Shown here piece after piece: positions 9,105 to 18,890 of a stretch of 64,000 bases of DNA. Below the pieces are notes generated by a model, which was not told the DNA's origin, did not search any database, and was given only the letters and a program-made list of their open reading frames with translations. Position 1 is the stretch's first letter, and each line of letters opens with the position of its first letter. The translations under genes were made by a program, and so were the position numbers. Source of the DNA: Vicinamibacterales bacterium (lineage in GTDB: Bacteria > Acidobacteriota > Vicinamibacteria > Vicinamibacterales > UBA2999); NCBI GenBank assembly GCA_965249205.1, contig CBDFLL010000006.1, positions 822,267-886,266 of the forward strand, read 5' to 3'.

Positions 9105-9431
9105 GACACCACCACCGCCGGCGGCCGCCTCGTGTTCGGCATCTTCGCGGCCCTGGCCGAGTTCGAGCGGGAGCTGATCCGCGAACGCACCCGGGCCGGG
9201 CTCACGGCCGCGCGGGCGCGCGGCCGCAAAGGCGGCCGGACCTTCGCGCTGTCGAAAGCCCAGGTGCGGCTGGCCCAGGCTGCCATGGCCCACCGCGACA
9301 CCTCCGTGGCCGCACTCTGCCGGGAACTCGGCATCAAACCCGTGACCCTCTACCGGTACGTCGGGCCGCAGGGCCAGTTGCGCGCGCACGGCGCGAAGGT
9401 CCTCGCCGAATCGGCGCGCGCTGGACCGTAA
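9105..9431 (+). pseudogene. serine recombinase (resolvase/invertase) C-terminal fragment
   Basis: DTTTAGGRLVFGIFAALAEFERELIRERTRAGL...ARGRKGGR plus HTH (ALCRELGIKPVTLYRYV); catalytic N-terminus absent; a 38-bp scrap of the same region is repeated at 9748-9785. Confidence 0.65.
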
Positions 9432-9889
9432 GGTCGCAGATTAACGGTGGACCCTACGCCTGCCCGGCGAGTGGATCACGCCCGAGGCGAGAACGCAGGC
9501 GCTACGCTCGCCGCGCGCGGCTCCACAGGAGTCGTTGCGGCGCGCCGGGAATGGGGACCTCGCTGGCGGGCCGGTACAGCAGCGCAACCCGCACCGCGCG
9601 ACGTCGGTCCTCCGTGCTGGTCAGCCTCCCTTCACTCGTCCTATTCGTCAACACTCCTGTGCGGTGCACGATCTCCGACCACCCGGCAAATACACGCGAG
9701 GCTCTCTCAACGACACGGCCAACGCGAGTCACTCCGGCGGCAGGAAGTTCGCGCTGTCGAAAGCCCAGGTGCGACTGGCCCAGGCCGGCTGATCGGCTAC
9801 GTCCGAATCCGCCGATACCCGTAGCGGGGGTATTCGGCCGCCAAACGGCGCATCACGGCCAGCACGGGGGCATCCCGCACGGCCAGCCG

Positions 9890-12380
9890 TCAACTGGCCT
9901 GCTTACAGGCCAAGGTGAACACGTTTTCAGTCATCCAACGCTTGAAGCTGTCGTTGTCCATGAATTGCTTAAACAGTTCAGCATCATCCTTGATTAGCGC
10001 CGTCATGACACGAGTGAGCGCCTTGCCGTGCTCAATGCGAGCATTGTCCTGATCGGAGTTCTGGCGAGCGTTCTTGAACGCAGCGTCCTGGGCGACTCGA
10101 AAAGGAATGGTCTCCGTGATCATCTCCTTCACCCGGTCAGTGTCCTGCCACGCGATGGCACCGAACAGGTCATTGAACTCTCTCAAGATGCTCGAGAGCC
10201 GCTCCAGCTCCGGCTCCGGCACGTGGCCGCCGCCGCTCGGTGGCACGGGTGCGATCTCGGCATTCTCGTCGGGCAGCAGGATCTGCTGCACTGCGCGCTT
10301 CTCGACCCGATAGCTGTCCATGTCGATGGCGTCGAGGATGCCCTTGGAGAGGTCCTCCTCCTTGGGCGCCGGCAGCTTCGAGATCAGGAAGTTCAGGAAG
10401 ATGGAGCGCTTCTCCCACGGGGCGTAGGTGTACGGCAGGACGCACGACAGGAAGCCGTAGGTCCGCACGAATGCCTTGGCCTTGCCCTTGAAATCCACCT
10501 GCCCGTCCTCATCCAAGTTGTTCCGATAGACCGCCACGCAGGCGTCGAGGATCGGATCCAGTTGGTCGCGCTCGGCCCCGTCGAGGTAACGCTCGACGAA
10601 GTCGTCGATCTGCTCAGGTGAGTAGACCTGGGCGGCATCCAGGTCCGCCTGCAGGTCGTGGAGCTTGTCGGGGTCGGTCTCGCCGGCCAGGATCGTCGCG
10701 CGGTAGTAGGCGGTGAAGGCGTCACAGATGGTGTCGGCGTCGTTGAGGAAGTCGAGCACGAAGACATCGTGCTTCTTCGGATGCGCCCGGTTGAGGCGCG
10801 AGAGGGTCTGCACCGCCTTGACGCCGGACAACGTCTTGTCCACGTACATCGTGTGCAGCAACGGCTCGTCGTAGCCGGTCTGGAACTTGTCGGCGCAGAC
10901 GAGGAATCGGTACGGATCCGCCTGGATCTTCTGGGCGATCTGGCCGGATGGGAAGCCGTTCAGCGACGTCTCGGTCACCTTCTCGCCGCCGAACTCGGGC
11001 TCGCCGGAGAAGGCCACGACGGCCCGGTACTGGCTCTTGCGCTCCTGCAGGTAGTCGCGGATGGCGTGGAAGTACTGGATGGCGCGCTCGATGCCGTGGT
11101 GACCACCATCGCCCGCGCCTCGCCGCCGATCTTGTTCTTGGCGATGACCTGCTCGTGGAAGTGATCGACCATGATCTCGGCCTTGAGGCGGATCGCGTGG
11201 TCGTGGCCCTCGACGTAGCGACGGAGCTTCTTCTGCGCTTTCTTGACTTCGAACTCCGGGTCGTCCTCCACCGTCTTGGCAAGCCGGTAGTAGCTGGACG
11301 CCGGCGTGTAGTGCGCCAGCACGTCCAGGATGAACCCCTCCTGTATTGCCTGCTTCATGGTGTAGCTGTGGAAGGCGTGGTTCCTGACAGCGCCGCCGGG
11401 CTGCGGGTCTGGCTCGCCGAAGATCTCCAGCGTCTTGTTCTTCGGGGTGGCGGTGAACGCGAAGTAGCTGGCGTTCGGGAGCAGCTTGCGCGACTCCATC
11501 AGGCGGTTGATGTGGTCCTCGGTGGTTTCCTCCTCGGCCTCTTCACCGGCTGTCCCCAGCGCGGCCGGGATGGACGCCGAGGTGCGCCCACCCTGGCTGG
11601 AGTGGGCCTCGTCGATGATGATGGCGAAGCGCTGCCCGCGCTGCTCGTTGCCGATCTCGTCGAGGATGAACGGGAACTTCTGAACCGTCGAGATGATGAT
11701 CTTCTTGCCCTCCTCGATGAACTTTCGCAGGCTGCCGGAACGCTCCGCGTGCCCTACGGTGGCACGGACCTGGGCGTACTGCCTGATCGTGTCGTTGATC
11801 TGTTTGTCAAGGATGACCCGGTCGGTGACAACGATGATCGAGTCGAAGACCGGCGCGTCGTCCTTCGCGAGCCCGATCAGTTGGTGGGCCAGCCAGGCGA
11901 TAGAGTTGCTCTTGCCGCTACCCGCCGAGTGCTGGATCAAGTAGCGCCGTCCCGTCCTGTGCGTCGCGGCGTCGGCCAGCAGCCGGCGCACGACATCGAG
12001 CTGGTGGTAGCGTGGCCAGATCTGCGTCCGCTTCGTTCGGCCGGTCTTCTCGTCCTTCGCCTCGACCACCTGGGCGTAGTTCTCCAGGATGTCGGTCAGG
12101 CTTTCGCGGGTCAGCACGTCTCGCCACAGGTAGTCGGTCTTGATGCCGCTCGGGTTGGGCGGATTGCCGGCGCCGTCGTTCCAGCCCCGGTTGAACGGCA
12201 GGAACCAGGACGCCTTCCCCTTGAGGTGGGTGCAGAAGCGCACGTCGCTCTCGTCCACCGCGAAGTGGGCGACGCAGCGGCCGAACTCGAACAGCTTCTC
12301 GCGGGGGTTGCGGTCCTTCTGGTACTGCCACACCGCATCGTTAACGGTCTGCTTGGTGAGGCTGTTCTTCAGCTCGAACC
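9890..12380 (-). pseudogene. hsdR: type I restriction enzyme R subunit (HsdR), 5'-truncated and frameshifted
   Basis: Two overlapping ORFs (10975-12333 and 9890-11017) carry helicase motifs (QHSAGSGKS, IIIDEAHSSQ, FAFTATP). Frame break near 11096-11103 (..RAMVVT / HGIERAIQYF..). Similarity starts abruptly at ..ELKNSLTKQT.. just after an in-frame stop; no hsdM/hsdS nearby. Confidence 0.8.
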
Positions 12381-12574
12381 TAGAGCCGTTTCCGGCTCGT
12401 CAGACGGGCCGGACGGGCACCGTTCGCGGCGTCTTCACGTCGGCGAGCACCAATGGATGCATGGCCGGGGATGTCCTAACGGCTGTTGAAATTTGAAGCG
12501 GCGGCTCCTTCACTGGTCGTGCTATACGACCGGTGACTAAACCGAGGTGCAAGCCTCACAGCAAAGGAGCCGCC

Positions 12575-12990
12575 ATGAGGAAGCAGTCTCGCACAGTCCC
12601 TCGTCACCGCCAATCGGAATCCCCGGTCCCGCGCCACCTGCCGTTGGTCGATATCCTCGTTGATACCCAGGCCGAGCTCCAGGAGTTGGTCGTGGCGTCA
12701 GGCCTGAAGGTGCTCGAGGCGATGCTGGAAGAAGATCGGACCGCCGTCTGTGGACCCCGCTATGCGCATCCGCCGGACCGGCACGCGTCTCGCGCCGGCC
12801 ATGCGCCGAGCGAAATTGTGCTGGGCGGGCGCAAAGTCGCGATCCGTCGGCCCCGTGTTCGGCGCGATGGCGAGGAGGTCCCGTTGCCGACGGCCCAAGC
12901 ATTCGCGAATGCCGACCCGCTGAACCGGCGCGTGGTCAATCAGATGCTCATTGGCGTCGCGACCCGCCAGTCTGCGCGGAGTCTCGAACC
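12575..12990 (+). pseudogene. IS256-family transposase N-terminal fragment
   Basis: ...AELQELVVASGLKVLEAMLEEDRTAVCGPRYAH...GGRKVAIRRPRVR...NRRVVNQMLIGVATRQSARSLEP then similarity ends; DDE core absent. Confidence 0.6.
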
Positions 12991-12999
12991 GGAGCCCGG

Positions 13000-13441
13000 C
13001 CCGGGCGAACGGGGTCCTGTCGGTATAGCCCTTGGCAATCGCCCAGCGCCAGAGCCCGCGGAGGTGGGCATGGAGCCGGTTGGCCGTGGGCCCGCCCCCG
13101 ACTCTTCGTGTCCAGGTCCTCCGGCCAGGGCGCCGGACGGTCGTCACCCCGGGCCGCGCCTTCTGCTCGATGGCCTCTTCGACATCGTCGGTCGTAATCA
13201 AGTGAAACGGCTTCTCGGGAAACGAGATCGTACCGCCGGTCGGGGCTGGGACCTCGACGGTCGCCAAGAAGGCATGGGCGTACAACGCGAGCTGATAGGC
13301 GCGCGGCACCAGGTGCCGGCGGACGTGGCGTTCGAGATACCGCGTCGCAACCTCGGCGAACGTAGGTCCGTCGGGGAGCGAGCGAAATGACGAACCGTCC
13401 TCGCGGAGCGGGCGACGCATCGGCTTGACCGACTCGGGCAT
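13000..13441 (-). pseudogene. tyrosine recombinase (integrase) N-terminal SAM-like domain fragment
   Basis: MPESVKPMRRPL...TFAEVATRYLERHV...ANRLHAHLRGLWRWAIAKGYTDRTPFAR; abuts the IS256 fragment on the opposite strand; catalytic domain absent. Confidence 0.45.
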
Positions 13442-13879
13442 GACACCTCCAGGACGGCGGGGCTCCCGGCCCCGCACGCCCATGGACGCTCTGCTCCCGC
13501 CCGAAGTCCAGTCGAATCTGCCGGCGGCAGGACGAGGCAGCTCATTGGGAGTCAGCTGGTCGGGCTGCCGGGGCCGCATCGCTGAAGGAATAGTCGGCTG
13601 AGCGTTCGGACACGACGGGGTCGCCACCCTCGGCCGCTTTATCACCATACGGGATGGCTACTTCGACCGGCTCGGTCTCCAACCCGTCGATTCATCGGCC
13701 TCGTCGTGGGAACTATGAGGCGGTGCTCAGCAAGCCAGCGGAGGGAATCGTATGAGGTGCAATCCAGATTCACAGCCCGCTCGGTCGCGAGGCTGGCGTA
13801 CCCGAGCGCTTCTCATCGCCGGGGCCCTTACGGTCGTCCTGACACCACTCGTCCTGATGATCGGCAGGTCCAACGACCA

Positions 13880-14075
13880 GGAAGTCGACCGGCTCATCGG
13901 CCTGCTTCAACCGCGCGATAGATCGCAGCTGGCGGAAATCGGCGCCGGAACCGGCTGGTTTGACCGTTGAGATGGCAAGGCAGGTGGGGGCCTCCGGCCG
14001 GATCTACTCGACCGAGCTGAACGCCCGCCACCTCGACCAGATTCGGGACGCGGCAGGGATGAAGTGCCGGCGGTC
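13880..14075 (+). pseudogene. class I SAM-dependent methyltransferase fragment, frameshifted
   Basis: Motif I-like LAEIGAGTGWF, then a frame change to VEMARQVGASGRIYSTELNARHLDQIRDAA; ends at the junction with the phage-like block. Confidence 0.35.
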
Positions 14076-14656
14076 TACGTCCCGTCCCGGTCGAGGGCGT
14101 CGTCATCGCCGATCTTGAGGGTGAAGACCGTGGGGACGTCTGGCGCGATGGCAGCCGTCGGGGCCGGCGTCAGTGCATCCCAGAGGCGGTCGCGGTCAGC
14201 CAGGGCGCGTCGCGCGGCGTCGAGGTAGCGCGGATCGCCATGGGAGTCCTCGACGACGACCTCGGCCATCGCGTGGCCTTGCCGGCCTCCCGTGCCGTCG
14301 GTCTTGCGCTGCCGGCGGCGCGTCTTGTGGGTCTTGCTGGCCTCCCAGGCGTGCATGGCCTCGCGGTACAGGCGGTCGAGTTTGCGTGTGGCGGCCATCT
14401 TCTGCCGATGGACGTAGTCCAGGTTCTCCGTGGCCCAGCGCTGGTCGACGCGCGTGAGAATCTGTGACACAGCGGATTGGCTGATCCCGAGCCGGCGGGC
14501 GACGGCGTACTGATCGAAACCGGCGGTCGTGAGGTCGAGGACCTCGTGCTCTCGTCGCCGGAGGCGGAGGCGGGGTTCCGCCCCCCCCTTTCCGCCACGG
14601 GCCCGGCGACGTGGCCGTGTGGCCCTCGACAGAGCGTCCCGCGTCGCGTGCGTCAC
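14075..14656 (-). CDS. HTH (sigma-70 region 4/LuxR-like) protein, possibly a phage terminase small-subunit-like protein
   Basis: GTG start at 14656 overlaps the methyltransferase stop (GTGA). ...HEVLDLTTAGFDQYAVARRLGISQSAVSQILTRV... helix-turn-helix. The longer ORF-track start (14971) would overlap the upstream gene. Confidence 0.5.
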   Translation of the reverse strand: MTHATRDALSRATRPRRRARGGKGGAEPRLRLRRREHEVLDLTTAGFDQYAVARRLGISQSAVSQILTRVDQRWATENLDYVHRQKMAATRKLDRLYREAMHAWEASKTHKTRRRQRKTDGTGGRQGHAMAEVVVEDSHGDPRYLDAARRALADRDRLWDALTPAPTAAIAPDVPTVFTLKIGDDDALDRDGT

Positions 14657-15936
14657 CGAGCCCTCCGGGCGCGTCGGCGGCGCGGGTTCACGGGGCGTGC
14701 CCGCTGGCCCGTGACGTGCTCCCACCGGGTCAGCGTGATCTGGACGTACTGGGGATCCAGGTCCATCGCGAAACAGGTCCGGCCGGTCTTCTCGGCGGCG
14801 ATGACGGCGGTACCGCTGCCGCAGAAGGGATCGTACACCGCGTCCGTCGTGGTGGTGTGGAGCAGGAGCGGGCGTTCCACGAGGGTGACCGGCTTCTGCG
14901 TGGCGTGACCGGTGGCGACGTTGTCGCCCGTGCGCGCACCGCCCATCGGATTCAGGTTGGGCACCTCCCACACCGTGGTCTGGGTCCGGTCGCCCCGCCA
15001 GTGGGACCGGCCCCCCGTGCGCACCGCGTACCAGCAGGGCTCGTGCGCCCAGTGGTAATCACCCCGGCTGAGCGCGAAGTGCTGTTTGACCCAGATGATC
15101 TGGCCGCGGAGCGTGAAGCCCGCGGCCTCGAGGCCGGCGGCGACGGTCGCGGCGTGGAGCCCGGCATGCCACACGTACGCGACGTCGCCGGGGAACAGGG
15201 CCCAGGCCTCCCGCCAGTCGGCGCAGGTGTCGTTGGCCACGCGACCCACCGCGGTGCCCTGGCCGGGATACACGCGGTGGCGCCACGCCGGATCGTACGC
15301 CACACCGTACGGCGGATCCGTGACCATGAGCACCGGTCGCTGCCGATCGAGGAGCTGCTGGACATCGTCGGGATTGGTCGCATCGCCACACAGCAGGCGA
15401 TGTCGTCCCAGGGTGAAATGATCGCCCCGGACGATGGTGGTCGTGCCCGGAGCAAGCACGGCGTTCTCGTCGGTGTCCCCCGTGTACCGGCCTTCGCCGC
15501 AGAGCCGCTCGAACTCGTCCGGGGTCCAGAAAGCGTCGAGGTCGAGGCCCTCGGTGCGCAGCTGTTGCAGCAGGGCCGGGTCCCAGTCGAGGTCCAGTTC
15601 GCCGATCCGGTTATCGGCCACGGCTAAGGCGCGCGCCCGTGGATCGGTGGCCAGGTCGAGGTCCGTGCGCCGCACCATGATGAGGGCTTGGCCGTCGGTC
15701 TCGATGACCCGAATCGGCAGCCCGAGGCGGCGCGCGATCTCGGCCGTTTTGTTCCCGGCGATGAGCCGTCCGGCGCAGTCGGCCAGTACCGACCGGCCAG
15801 CGCCGTAGTCGCGCAAGGACGCTTCGAGGAGGCGTCGCCCTCGGGCCGTGCCGCGATTGGCGTTGTGCGGATCCGGGGTGACTCCGTCCCATGGATCGGG
15901 CGAACGGGGCGGCGGGCGCTTGCGGGAGGGGGCCAA
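14653..15936 (-). CDS. ParB-like nuclease domain fused to N6-adenine/N4-cytosine DNA methyltransferase (beta class)
   Basis: N-terminal ParB-like region (...LIAGNKTAEIARRLG...AVADN), then DPPYG (motif IV) preceding HATQKP and FCGSGT (motif I); this order is typical of phage/plasmid orphan methyltransferases. Confidence 0.85.
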   Translation of the reverse strand: MAPSRKRPPPRSPDPWDGVTPDPHNANRGTARGRRLLEASLRDYGAGRSVLADCAGRLIAGNKTAEIARRLGLPIRVIETDGQALIMVRRTDLDLATDPRARALAVADNRIGELDLDWDPALLQQLRTEGLDLDAFWTPDEFERLCGEGRYTGDTDENAVLAPGTTTIVRGDHFTLGRHRLLCGDATNPDDVQQLLDRQRPVLMVTDPPYGVAYDPAWRHRVYPGQGTAVGRVANDTCADWREAWALFPGDVAYVWHAGLHAATVAAGLEAAGFTLRGQIIWVKQHFALSRGDYHWAHEPCWYAVRTGGRSHWRGDRTQTTVWEVPNLNPMGGARTGDNVATGHATQKPVTLVERPLLLHTTTTDAVYDPFCGSGTAVIAAEKTGRTCFAMDLDPQYVQITLTRWEHVTGQRARPVNPRRRRARRAR

Positions 15937-16011
15937 AGTGGTCGCTCGACTGTATGTAGTAAGGATGGGGCGAAGGCCCAGAGAAGGGAATAGCTACAAT
16001 ATAACGCTGTA

Positions 16012-16897
16012 ATGACATCGCGAGGGCGTCGGGATTGGGAGCTGGGCGGGCTGTACACCGAGGCCGGCCACCTGGGTCGGCCGGTGCTGACGCGGGGCCT
16101 CTTTGTGCCCAATCACATCGAACTTCTCAAGGGTGCCCTCTGGTGGGATGTCGATGTCGATCGGCCGATATCTGAGCCCACGCCGGGGCCCGGGATGCTG
16201 GCCGAGTTCGTCACGCTCCACGAACGCCCCGATGCACGCATCCTCGACTACGCCCGGCGCTGGGGCGTGCTGCATACGTGCATCCACCAACTCCCGTGTC
16301 GCCACGCCCCACGGGTGGGCTCGGACGGCGGCGTGGTCGGGTGTGACCCGGTGGGCTACCGCACCCACTCAGTGTTCATCGCCGCGAGTCCGCTGGATCG
16401 CTGGCGCCATTTCGCGCAGCAAGCCGCGGCCATCCTCCGGGTCGCCGCCCACCTGCACGCCGGGGAGCCTGGACGACCGGAGGACTGGCACGCCATCTTT
16501 CAGGAATCCGCGCGCCAGGCCCCCTGGTGGAAGCGGACCGTGAACGCCGACCGGCTCCAGCTCGCGAGCGTTGTCACCGAGTGGATGACCCTCGGCGCGG
16601 TCGAGCCGATGCTGGTCTGGCACGGCACGGCCCCCACGCTCACGTTTGGGAGCCGGGGCGGCGGCTCGCTCGATCTGTTCGGGGCCCTGGCGTGTCAGCT
16701 GCTGGTGGCCGTCGCGCGTGTGGCGAGCGTGGCGGTCTGTGCCGGCTGCGGGTGCTTTCATTCGCCGAGGCGGCGGCCACCAGCGCGGCGGCGCAGTTAC
16801 TGTCGCGACTGCGCCCGCGCAGGTGTGCCGCAGCGACACGCGCAGGCGGATCACCGGCGGCGGGTGCGTGCCGGAGTGTCCGAACACTCAGCCGACC
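16012..16897 (+). pseudogene. hypothetical protein with C-terminal Cys-rich (CxxC...CxxC) tail, 3' end displaced by IS3 insertion
   Basis: ORF 16012-16929 runs into the IS3 left end at 16898. The intact C-terminal continuation is seen only in the duplicate at 21140-21939. Confidence 0.5.
16184..16897 (+). repeat. ~714-bp direct repeat, copy 1 (partner 21140-21853)
   Basis: Constant offset of 4,956 bp. Translations are identical from MLAEFVTL... to ...HRRRVRAGVS except one residue (E versus Q) just after that stretch. Only two nucleotide differences noticed, near the 3' end. Confidence 0.85.
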
Positions 16898-16949
16898 TGA
16901 CCTTGCCCCCTGAAACCGATCCAGTCTGAGCGTTAGGATTTGGGCGAGA

Positions 16950-17240
16950 TTGGAGGCAGGGATGCCACGGAAGGGCTACAGCACCGAGCAAATCGTGACG
17001 AAGTTGCGGCAGGCGGAGGTCGAGCTGGGCCGCGGGCTGCGGACGCCGCAGGTGTGCAAGAAGCTGGGCATCAGTGAACAGACGTACTACCGCTGGCGGA
17101 AGGAATACGGGGGCCTGCGGCTCGACCAGGCCAAGCGGTTGAAGGAACTCGAGCGCGAGAACGCGCGACTGAAGCGGCTGGTGGCCGACCAGGCGCTGGA
17201 CAACGCCATCCTGAAGGAGGTGGCGTCGGGAAACTTCTGA
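16950..17240 (+). CDS. IS3-family transposase OrfA (HTH plus leucine zipper)
   Basis: MPRKGYSTEQIVTKLRQAEV...QTYYRWRKEYGGL...ENARLKRLVADQALDNAILKE. Confidence 0.85.
   Translation: MEAGMPRKGYSTEQIVTKLRQAEVELGRGLRTPQVCKKLGISEQTYYRWRKEYGGLRLDQAKRLKELERENARLKRLVADQALDNAILKEVASGNF
17228..17234 (+). promoter_or_regulatory. candidate programmed -1 ribosomal frameshift heptamer G_GGA_AAC
   Basis: X_XXY_YYZ pattern in the orfA zero frame, 4 nt before the orfA stop. The -1 frame continues as GKLLSPPRRRAAVERAQQRLGVSERRACRVLG... into OrfB. Confidence 0.6.
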
Positions 17241-18103
17241 GCCCGCCGCGGCGACGGGCCGCCGTCGAGCGGGCGCAGCAGCGGCTGGGCGTCTCCGAGC
17301 GGCGGGCGTGCCGAGTCCTGGGCCAACCTCGCGGGACGCAGCGCCAAGCCCGAGGCGCGCCAGCGGATGAGGCCCCGCTGGTGCAGCGGGTGGTGGCGCT
17401 GGCCAGTCAGTATGGGCGCTACGGGTATCGGCGCATCACGGCGCTCCTCGGAGGCGAAGGCTGGCCAGTGAATCACAAGCGGGTGGCGCGGTTGTGGCGG
17501 CGGGAGGGGCTGAAAGTGCCTCAGAAACAGCCGAAACGGGGCCGGCTCTGGCTCGCCGACGGCTCCTGCCTCCGGCTGCGACCGACGCATCGCCACCACG
17601 TCTGGGTGTATGATTTCGTCAGCGACCGGACGCACGAGGGGCGGCCGCTGAAGATCCTGGCGGTGGTCGATGAGTACTCTCGGGAGTGCTTGACGCTGCG
17701 CGTGGCCCGGCAGTGCTGCGCCACCGACGTGATCGAGACGTTGGCGGACCTGTTCCTCACGCACGGGGCGCCAGCCTACCTGCGGTCGGACAACGGGCCG
17801 GAGTTTACGGCGCAGGTCGTGCGGTCGTGGCTACAGGCGCTCGCGGTGCAGACGCTGTTTATCGAGCGCGGCAGCCCATGGGAGAACGGCTACGTCGAAT
17901 CGTTCAACGGGAAGCTGCGGGACGAGCTGCTGGCGCGGGAGACGTTCTTCACCCTGACCGAAGCGCGGATCTTGATCGAACGGTGGCGTCGGCAGTACAA
18001 CACCGTGCGTCCGCACAGTGCGCTGGGCTATCGCCTACCCGCGCCTGAGGCGGTGCGGCCGGTGCCCGTGGGAGGGTCCCAGCCTAGCTGGGCTCTCTCA
18101 TAA
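17228..18103 (+). CDS. IS3-family transposase OrfB (rve/DDE integrase core), expressed as an OrfAB fusion
   Basis: ...YGYRRITALL...WVYDFV...LAVVDEYSRECL...LRSDNGPEF...ERGSPWENGYVESFNGKLRDELL...YNTVRPHSALGY. Confidence 0.85.
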   Translation, partial: GKLLSPPRRRAAVERAQQRLGVSERRACRVLGQPRGTQRQARGAPADEAPLVQRVVALASQYGRYGYRRITALLGGEGWPVNHKRVARLWRREGLKVPQKQPKRGRLWLADGSCLRLRPTHRHHVWVYDFVSDRTHEGRPLKILAVVDEYSRECLTLRVARQCCATDVIETLADLFLTHGAPAYLRSDNGPEFTAQVVRSWLQALAVQTLFIERGSPWENGYVESFNGKLRDELLARETFFTLTEARILIERWRRQYNTVRPHSALGYRLPAPEAVRPVPVGGSQPSWALS

Positions 18104-18890
18104 GAACTGGATCACCAACTGGGGGCAGGTCACCCGGGGGGGGGGGCCGCCTTGCTCGTTGCCCAACAATTGAACGATGAGGATGAGGAACCCGAGTGGC
18201 CCGGTGACAACGAGGGCTGGGCTCCAAGTGAATTTACTCTCGGTCTCCTGCGGGGTTGTACCAGCCCAACCTCGCGGACATTGTGCGTGAAGTCGCCATC
18301 AGCGCGACAAGAGCAAGCTGGAGAACGGCGTCTTGGAACCGCTATGGGAATTCGGGCTAATCGACGACGGGCAAGACTGAAACGTCCGAGTTTGGGATGT
18401 CGTGGGTTGGTCTGACATTTAGCAGGTGACTGAGAAACGGGCGCAGAGCGGAGAACTGACCGGCTTCCCGAGGCCAAGGCCGACCGTCCGGCTCCGCGGG
18501 ACTCGCGCGCTATCTAGGGAGCGACGGTGTCCCAGCCGACACGACCGCTGGCATGGCCTGCGGGCTGCCTCGTTGATCTCGCGGAGGCGCTGGACCAGGT
18601 CGCCGAACCGTGGCGGCCCAGGCTCGTTGCCGAGCTCAACGGACAGGCCGGCGCGCTGCTCAATCCTCATGCGAAGTACTTCCGGGCCAGGTCATCACCC
18701 TGGCTGGACGAGACCCCTGTTCCCCCCAGGTCGTGCGGTGATCCGGGCCTAGCCGGCGGACTGGTCAGGCGTGTGCGGCCCGCTGGGAGGACGAGCCGAG
18801 GACATCTCATGGGCGGGCTGGTCTCGGCCGGTGACTCCGTGACCAGCCGTCGGCCTCCAATGCTCGGAATGTTCGCGGCGTCATCCGCCT

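Larger units (their letters stand above)
16898..18132 (+). mobile_element. IS3-family insertion sequence (1,235 bp)
   Basis: TG...CA ends with imperfect inverted repeats (tgaccttgccccc...gatccagt / tgacctgccccc...gatccagt); orfA/orfB with frameshift heptamer; no matching flanking duplication (acc versus ccc). Confidence 0.85.

Noticed and set aside
14581-14588. C8 homopolymer inside the HTH gene, and the G11 tract at 18136-18146, as phase-variation switches
   Set aside because: There is no evidence of alternative frames yielding meaningful products. The C8 run encodes a Gly-rich linker in frame, and the G11 run is in non-coding junction DNA. I noted it only as a junction feature and possible sequencing-error hotspot.
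18527-18650. Short cupin-like N-terminal fragment (..VDLAEALDQVAEPWRPRLVAELNGQ..)
   Set aside because: Only about 40 residues resemble a cupin N-terminus, and the match is from memory. That is too short to call as a feature; it is probably another decayed fragment.
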